A model generated the notes under the pieces. That model saw only the letters and a list, made by a program, of their open reading frames with translations. It was not told the origin of the DNA and did not search any database. A stretch of DNA of 64,000 nucleotides, from NCBI GenBank assembly GCA_045656765.1, contig JAZORU010000017.1, forward strand, positions 17,489-81,488, written 5' to 3'. The translations under genes were made by a program, and so were the position numbers. The stretch is from Eubacteriales bacterium (GTDB lineage Bacteria > Bacillota > Clostridia > Oscillospirales > CAG-272). Positions 57,840-64,000 of this stretch are shown piece by piece; position 1 is the stretch's first letter; each line of letters starts with the position of its first letter.

Positions 57840-60560
57840 TTAAAAATCCCACCCTGCCAATTTTCTTATCAAAGCTATGGCGTCACGGTTATTGTATTTT
57901 CGGTTTGCATCTGCATCCGCCATGTATTCGGGAATGTCTCCCATTCCCCAGCCTGATAGCAATCTTATGACGATCGTTATGTCTGCGTTTGAAAATACGT
58001 TGTCTCTGTTTACGTCGCCGAATATACCGTTATTGTATACGGATGCAGGGTAAGAATCTGTATTGTCCTTTAGTCCGTCGCCGTCATAGTCAACGAAAAC
58101 AGAGCCTTTGCCGTTGTTATAGAGTGTATATTTATTTCCATTGTGATTAAAGAGTACGGACGGGGAAATCGTCGATGCAAATATTACACCTTCGTCAGAA
58201 GAGTTTTCAATTATTATAGTCGGGGCCGGCAGACTGTATATCGTTTGAAGCTTGCTTCCCGAAAGAATTACACTTCCCGCTGTGATTTTGCAGGTTTTGT
58301 ATGTATAATATCCAAAATCCAGGTTTCCTTCTATATACAACCTTGCGCTTGAATCACTTTGAACGTACTTTCCGCAGTTATATCCCCCCTCACATACCGT
58401 CAAATCTCCTGTACATATAAGCGTACCGTTGTTTTGAAGCGTGGAATATGCGGGATATGAAAACACCTCACCGTTGTATTCTTTGCCTAAAGTAATATTT
58501 CCGTCAACAATAAGTGTAGAGTTTTTGTTAACTATGAGGGTTTGTGTGCTGAGTGTGGTAATGTTGCCCTTGACCTTGCCGCTTAGTCGAACCGTAGAAC
58601 TTCCAAGTCTCAGCTCCTTGTAGTCAGAGCCGTCGGCAAACGTGGTCGTCGAATAGATCTTGGTATAGAACTCGCCGAAATCGAGAGGGTTGCCTCGAAG
58701 GTCAAAGTGTCCCGTTATATACGTATCAGAAGCGTACTTTATTCCTTCCGGGTTTGTGACGGTGACGTCGTGAGCGGTCAAGCCGTTGACTGTTTGGACT
58801 TTGTAACCGTTAAACACTACCTCGCCTGCGGTGATTTTGCAGGTTTGGTTTGTATAATATCCAAAATCCATGTTTCCTTCTATGAACAGCCTTGCTTTCG
58901 AATCACTTTGAATATACCTTCCGCAGTTATATCCCCCTTCATGTACCGTTAAATCTCCTGTACATATAATCGTACCGTTGTTTTTTAGTTCAGAATATAC
59001 GTGTGATGAAAACAACTCACCGCTGTATTCTTTGCCTACGATAATATTTCCGTCGATTCTTAATTGCTGATCTTCTTTAACTGTTAAATTATAAGGATAT
59101 TTAACTATGATGTCCCCTCTGTAATAGTGCTTGAAATAGTATACCGTATTTGGTGTTACCTTGTCTGATGCACCCGAGAATTTTATCGTGTTATTATAAT
59201 ATAGGTCAACTTTTTTAATATTTCTGTCAGCTTCGGGGATGGCAGAAATGTCGGCCTTTGTGTTGCTTATGTATCTTTCATAGCTTGCGCCACTTGCATT
59301 GCCTCTTATTATCTTCAAATCGGTTGCATATGAGCATCCGTATATCATTTCTTCGCCCATTTCAAGCGCGTCGTATGTAAGGTCGAAAAATGTTTTTACC
59401 AATACCTCAAACTCCAAAACGTCCGAAGCGCTAAACGACGTATCAAATTTTTCGAGTTTGCTGTTTATAAGGGTGTGCATTTCGCCTGTGAACAGATACA
59501 GAACGTACAGCTCAGTAAGCTCTCCGAGATCGGGAACGTCAAAAACGACGTCAAAGAGGACCCAGGAAGCAACTTTAAGACAAGAGTTGACTAATGCATA
59601 GGCCTTCGATGCATCTCCGAACAAATCCTTCGTAACAAGCTTTACTATTCCTTCGCTGAGCTCTTCCAAAAATTTATCTTTACAATAGTTTTTCATGAAA
59701 TACTCAACGAATCCACCGTCGATAGAATTCATAAAATCGGTAAGACCCTGTCGCATTATACTATCAGAGGGAAGTTCGGCAATAAAATCGTTTATTATTT
59801 CAAGGCGCGTGTCCTCGAAAAGCAATCCCATTGATATGCATTTTGCCATATTGTAGATATCCGCAGCTGTTTCTGCGGTTTCTGCCCATTCGCCCGGATT
59901 TTTAAGAACGTCCTTTAGGACTCCGTCAATTTTGTCTGCTTTTAGGTATTTTAGCACATTGCTGCTTTTTACCGCTTCGAAAACCTTTGTATAGATTTCT
60001 TTTTCTGTGAGCTTGCTTAAATCGTAGGTTCCTTCAAGATTCTCGAATGCCTTGAAAATCCCTTCGGTTTTGTCAAGAATTTTTTCTCCCGCTGTCATGC
60101 GCTGCCAGCCTGTCTCCATGTTCTCCGAAACAGACAATATTGATTTTGCAAATCTTTCGCTTGCGCTTCTCAGGGCGTTGTCGTACGTGTAGTCCATGCC
60201 TTGATCGCTTGATACAACGTGAAACCACTTAACAGGATCGGTCGTAATATCGATTGCTTCTTTTACAACGGTCCATTTGTATTTGGGACTTTCGTTGATA
60301 TAGCAGTTGTATGCGTTAATTATTGCAGTCCCCGTTTTGTTTGAATACTCTTTGAGGGTATACGCTGCAGGATTTTGATGAGAACCGTTGACGTTTGCTT
60401 CTTTGAGATATTCTGAGCTGTATCCCCAAAAGAGATCGGTGTAAAACACGTAGCTGTCAAGGTCTGTTGTTTCCTCGGCAGACGCACAAAGCATCATCAC
60501 GGGAAATAAAAGAGTTACGGTTATAAGCAACAGTGCCGTAATTTTTGCAGTCAATTTCAT
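57840..60560 (-). CDS. Secreted protein with an internal beta-rich duplication and a C-terminal dockerin
   Basis: Signal peptide; two ~80-aa repeats; DYDGDGLKD; GDVNRD...AD...ADADAN...RDAI dockerin. Confidence 0.75.
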   Translation of the reverse strand: MKLTAKITALLLITVTLLFPVMMLCASAEETTDLDSYVFYTDLFWGYSSEYLKEANVNGSHQNPAAYTLKEYSNKTGTAIINAYNCYINESPKYKWTVVKEAIDITTDPVKWFHVVSSDQGMDYTYDNALRSASERFAKSILSVSENMETGWQRMTAGEKILDKTEGIFKAFENLEGTYDLSKLTEKEIYTKVFEAVKSSNVLKYLKADKIDGVLKDVLKNPGEWAETAETAADIYNMAKCISMGLLFEDTRLEIINDFIAELPSDSIMRQGLTDFMNSIDGGFVEYFMKNYCKDKFLEELSEGIVKLVTKDLFGDASKAYALVNSCLKVASWVLFDVVFDVPDLGELTELYVLYLFTGEMHTLINSKLEKFDTSFSASDVLEFEVLVKTFFDLTYDALEMGEEMIYGCSYATDLKIIRGNASGASYERYISNTKADISAIPEADRNIKKVDLYYNNTIKFSGASDKVTPNTVYYFKHYYRGDIIVKYPYNLTVKEDQQLRIDGNIIVGKEYSGELFSSHVYSELKNNGTIICTGDLTVHEGGYNCGRYIQSDSKARLFIEGNMDFGYYTNQTCKITAGEVVFNGYKVQTVNGLTAHDVTVTNPEGIKYASDTYITGHFDLRGNPLDFGEFYTKIYSTTTFADGSDYKELRLGSSTVRLSGKVKGNITTLSTQTLIVNKNSTLIVDGNITLGKEYNGEVFSYPAYSTLQNNGTLICTGDLTVCEGGYNCGKYVQSDSSARLYIEGNLDFGYYTYKTCKITAGSVILSGSKLQTIYSLPAPTIIIENSSDEGVIFASTISPSVLFNHNGNKYTLYNNGKGSVFVDYDGDGLKDNTDSYPASVYNNGIFGDVNRDNVFSNADITIVIRLLSGWGMGDIPEYMADADANRKYNNRDAIALIRKLAGWDF

Positions 60561-61864
60561 GTTCTTACATTTCCTCCCATGCATATCTCGCAGGAATTAT
60601 CCTCTATCACGACTTTTCTGATTTCGCCGTGTATATCCTCGTCGCACGCGACCTTTACCTCGAAAAAGTTTGCCGTATGCCCAAGCGCGTAGCCGTCGCG
60701 GCAGGTCTCGAGCAACACATCGACTACAGAGCCGCAGGGTAGCAGCTTCTCTCTGACCTTTTGCGCGGTCTCGTCGCGTACGGCTGAAAGACGTTTTACT
60801 CTCTCGTGCTTTTCGGCTTCGGGAATCTGCCCCGGGTATTCGGCGGCAGGTGTGCCGCGCCTCTTTGAATACGGAAAAACGTGAATAAAGAGAAATTCGG
60901 CACGCCGTGCAAAATCGAGCGTTTCGGTAAATTCCTCCTCGCTCTCGGCAGGGAAGCCTACCATCATATCGGTGGTAAAGGTAGCATCCTTTATGTGCGA
61001 TCGAATTAAATCTATTTTTTCCATTGCCTGCTCGGCGTTGTACTTGCGCTTCATTCTTGCGAGCACCGCCGACGAGCCGCTTTGCATAGAAAGGTGAAAA
61101 TGAGGAGCGAGCTTCGGCTCTGCCGCTGCGCGTAATACAAAATCCTCGTTTATTGAAGACGGGTCAAGAGAGCCGAGTCTGATTCGCTCGATACCGTCTA
61201 TCTTGGCAACCTTTTCTATTATGTCTATGAGTCTGACCGTGCCTATGTCACGGCCGTAGGATGCCGTTTCAATACCTGTTAAAACAATTTCCTTAACACC
61301 TGTTTTCGCAAGGTATTCTGCCTCACGGATAACGTCCTCGGGTAATTTTGAGCGTATTCTTCCGCGAGCTGAAGGTATTATGCAGTAGGTGCATCTTGAC
61401 TCGCATCCGTCCTCTATTTTTATGTAAACTCTCGTGCGGGAAGCGCGGTGTATCTGCATACTCTCAAAGCCGCAGGTATCAATGTCGGATACGTCGACTG
61501 TTGCCTCTGCGGGAATCTCGCCTCGGTCGAGCATATCCTTTGCAATCGAAGCAATAGCGTTTTTGTTGTAGTTTCCGCTTATATAATGAACTCCGTCTAT
61601 TTTTTTGACTTCATCGGGGGACACCTGAGAATAACAGCCGCATACGAAAACAAGCGCACCCTTGCCGCACGCACGGCGTATCATCTGTCTGCATTTTCTG
61701 TCGCTTTCAGCCGTTACGGTGCAGGTGTTTATAACGTATACGTCGCATTTTTCTTCGAATGGAAGCACAGAAAATCCCAGAGCCTCGAAGCCCTCGGATA
61801 TCGCTATGCTTTCATATTGGCTGACCTTGCAGCCGAGTGTATATATTCCTACCGTATAAGCCAT
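60557..61864 (-). CDS. mtaB: tRNA t6A37 methylthiotransferase
   Basis: TLGCKVSQYE, INTCTVT, KIEDGCESRCTYCIIP, HVFPYSKRRGTPA. Confidence 0.93.
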   Translation of the reverse strand: MAYTVGIYTLGCKVSQYESIAISEGFEALGFSVLPFEEKCDVYVINTCTVTAESDRKCRQMIRRACGKGALVFVCGCYSQVSPDEVKKIDGVHYISGNYNKNAIASIAKDMLDRGEIPAEATVDVSDIDTCGFESMQIHRASRTRVYIKIEDGCESRCTYCIIPSARGRIRSKLPEDVIREAEYLAKTGVKEIVLTGIETASYGRDIGTVRLIDIIEKVAKIDGIERIRLGSLDPSSINEDFVLRAAAEPKLAPHFHLSMQSGSSAVLARMKRKYNAEQAMEKIDLIRSHIKDATFTTDMMVGFPAESEEEFTETLDFARRAEFLFIHVFPYSKRRGTPAAEYPGQIPEAEKHERVKRLSAVRDETAQKVREKLLPCGSVVDVLLETCRDGYALGHTANFFEVKVACDEDIHGEIRKVVIEDNSCEICMGGNVRT

Positions 61865-62018
61865 ATAAGCTCCTTTTAAAATCGGGTGCATTTTTAACCA
61901 AAGATAGTATATCATTCAAGAAACAAAAAGTCAAACAAATTATATATTTGAAAATAAATTGTTGATTTGCCCCTCGTTTCGTGATAAAATAGAGTATCAA
62001 CGTTTATTGGAGGTATGT

Positions 62019-62981
62019 ATGCGTATTCTTGAAGTTAAAGCAAATGACGCGGGACAGCGCCTTGACAAATTTTTGCAAAAAAGCATAAAAAGCATGCCTC
62101 TGTCGCTTATGTATAAGCTTATCAGAACGAAAAAAATAAAGGTGAACAGAAAAAGAGCCGAGCCGAAGCAAATGCTTGAGCTTGGGGACAGCGTGCAGTG
62201 CTTTATATCTGAGGAGTTTTTCACTGAGCAGAAGGACGCAGGAGCACTGTTTTCTGTAAAACCGAGTCTTAACATTCTCTACGAGGACGAAAACATCCTT
62301 CTTTTAAATAAGCCCGTCGGAGTGCTTTGTCATGAGGACAGTGACGGAAACACCAATACGCTTATCTTTCATATAAAAGCATATCTTGCACAAAAAGGCG
62401 AGTATGACGCAGAAGGTGAGCAGTCCTTTGCCCCGTCTCTTTGTAACAGAATCGACCGCAACACCTCGGGTATAGTTATTGCCGCAAAAAATGCGGCGGC
62501 ACTAAGGGATATGAACGAGCGCATCAAGTGCGGCGAGGTGCACAAAAAGTATCTTTGCGCCGTGCACGGCACACCTCATCCCGCAGAGGCGGTGCGCGAG
62601 GCGTATCTATATAAGGATTCGAAAACCAACACCGTGAAAATTTACAGTGACAACAAGAAGAATCCGCAGGCTAAAAGGATAAAGACGGGGTATCGCACGC
62701 TTGAGAGCAAGGGCGGACTTTCCTTGCTTGAGATAAGACTTTATACAGGTAGAACTCATCAGATAAGGGCGCACATGGAATACCTCGGACATTCGCTTGT
62801 CGGTGAAGGGAAATACGGTAAAAATGCGTCAGACAGAGAGAGGGGCTACAAGCACCAGGCACTTTGCTCATACAGCGCGGAGTTTGCCTTTGAAGAAAAG
62901 GGAAGCGTGCTCGATTATCTGTCGGGAAAAAGCATCTCTATCCCGCGAGAAGACGTGTTCTTCGTTCGCGAGCTTTTTTAA
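62019..62981 (+). CDS. RluA/RluC family pseudouridine synthase
   Basis: S4 domain GQRLDKFL, NKPVG, NRIDRNTSG, TGRTHQIR. Confidence 0.92.
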   Translation: MRILEVKANDAGQRLDKFLQKSIKSMPLSLMYKLIRTKKIKVNRKRAEPKQMLELGDSVQCFISEEFFTEQKDAGALFSVKPSLNILYEDENILLLNKPVGVLCHEDSDGNTNTLIFHIKAYLAQKGEYDAEGEQSFAPSLCNRIDRNTSGIVIAAKNAAALRDMNERIKCGEVHKKYLCAVHGTPHPAEAVREAYLYKDSKTNTVKIYSDNKKNPQAKRIKTGYRTLESKGGLSLLEIRLYTGRTHQIRAHMEYLGHSLVGEGKYGKNASDRERGYKHQALCSYSAEFAFEEKGSVLDYLSGKSISIPREDVFFVRELF

Positions 62982-62984
62982 AAT

Positions 62985-63017
62985 GAAAAATGCACCCGAA
63001 AGCTCGGGTGCATTTTT
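62985..63017. terminator. Bidirectional terminator
   Basis: AAAAATGCACCCGA-aagc-TCGGGTGCATTTTT. Confidence 0.85.
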
Positions 63018-63037
63018 GCGTTTGTTTTCTATTGCGT

Positions 63038-64000
63038 TTACTTTACTATTTGAACCTTGAGCATGTTCGTCGTCCCCGACTGCTTAAGGGGAAGTCCTGC
63101 CGTTATTACAACTTTGTCGCCGCGTTCGACAACGTCAATCTTTTTGGCACAGTCGATTGCGTGCATAAACAGCTTTTCTGTGTCCTCTTGCTCAAGTGCA
63201 AGAACAGGCGTAACACCCCAAGATAAGCTGAGCTGATGGAATGTCTTTTTGTCGGGAGTTGCAGCAATAATAGGCTGAGAGGGACGGAACTTTGATACTC
63301 CTCGCGCGGTAGTGCCGTTCGTTGTAACTGCAATGATAGCCTTTGCGTTCGTGTCTCTTGCCGTTGTAACCGATGCGTCGCAGATTGCGGTCGTCATATC
63401 GAAAATACTCTGGTCATATTTGATCCCGCGGTAAATGTTCATCTCAAGCGCGTCCTGCTCGGCTTGACGCGCTATCTGTGCCATGACCTTTACAACGAGA
63501 TCGGGATGCTCTCCTATCGCAGTTTCACCCGAAAGCATAACCGCGCTCGTTCCGTCAAATACCGCGTTTGCTACGTCGGTTATCTCCGCACGGGTAGGGG
63601 TGTTTGAGTGTATCATAGACTCAAGCATCTGTGTCGCGGTAATAACCATCTTGCCCGATTGGTAGCATTTGCGGATAAACCGCTTCTGTATACCGGGGAG
63701 ACGCTCGAACTCAACCTCAACGCCCATGTCGCCTCGCGCCACCATAATACCGTCGCAGTTTTTGAGTATCTCGTCGAAGTTCTCAACACCCTCGTTGTTT
63801 TCTATTTTAGCGATTATCTTGATGCGGTGACCGCCGTAGTAGTCAAGGAATTTACGAAGCTGTATGACGTCATCCTTGCAGCGCACAAATGATGCGGCAA
63901 CGAAGTCCACGTCCATCTCAACGCCAAAGCGAAGATCCGCCTCGTCCTGCGCGCTTATATATGGCATATCTATGTGGACATTCGGGATGTTTATGCTCTT
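63038..64000 (-). CDS. pyk: Pyruvate kinase (5' part outside the window)
   Basis: IIAKIEN, MVARGDMGVE, ATQMLESM, PTRAE, VMLSGETA. Confidence 0.95.
   Translation of the reverse strand, partial: KSINIPNVHIDMPYISAQDEADLRFGVEMDVDFVAASFVRCKDDVIQLRKFLDYYGGHRIKIIAKIENNEGVENFDEILKNCDGIMVARGDMGVEVEFERLPGIQKRFIRKCYQSGKMVITATQMLESMIHSNTPTRAEITDVANAVFDGTSAVMLSGETAIGEHPDLVVKVMAQIARQAEQDALEMNIYRGIKYDQSIFDMTTAICDASVTTARDTNAKAIIAVTTNGTTARGVSKFRPSQPIIAATPDKKTFHQLSLSWGVTPVLALEQEDTEKLFMHAIDCAKKIDVVERGDKVVITAGLPLKQSGTTNMLKVQIVK

Noticed and set aside
58280-59060. Repeat pair as a DGR template/variable region
   Set aside because: Both copies are in-frame within one gene, the differences are not adenine-specific, and there is no reverse transcriptase in the window

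Overview
64 kb of chromosome from an endospore-forming, probably gut-dwelling clostridium (spoIIAA-spoIIAB-sigF, cotJABC, a bile salt hydrolase-like gene, host-glycan enzymes). Most of it is housekeeping: flavodiiron protein, split transketolase, comM, tex, folC plus folT under a THF riboswitch, alr, rpmB, mtaB, pyk and five tRNAs. Three regions stand out. (1) 25004-36452 is an intact, tightly coupled virion-assembly and lysis operon bracketed by terminators. It has a TerS-like gene with no obvious HTH, TerL, portal, scaffold, capsid, short-tail proteins, lysin and holins, but no integrase, repressor, replication genes, tape measure or visible att sites. It is the best candidate for an undescribed system: a domesticated, podovirus-like gene transfer agent (GTA). 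(2) 47006-48880 is a stack of short fragments resembling phage large polyvalent proteins, four of which each carry a 17-bp-spaced antisense sigma-A promoter. (3) 9230-16458 is a V-type ATPase operon of the spirochaete/Chlamydia/Bacteroidota layout with an intact Na+-binding motif. Multi-hairpin repeat elements lie downstream of three tRNA loci. No CRISPR array was seen. All product calls come from motif recognition by eye, not database searches.
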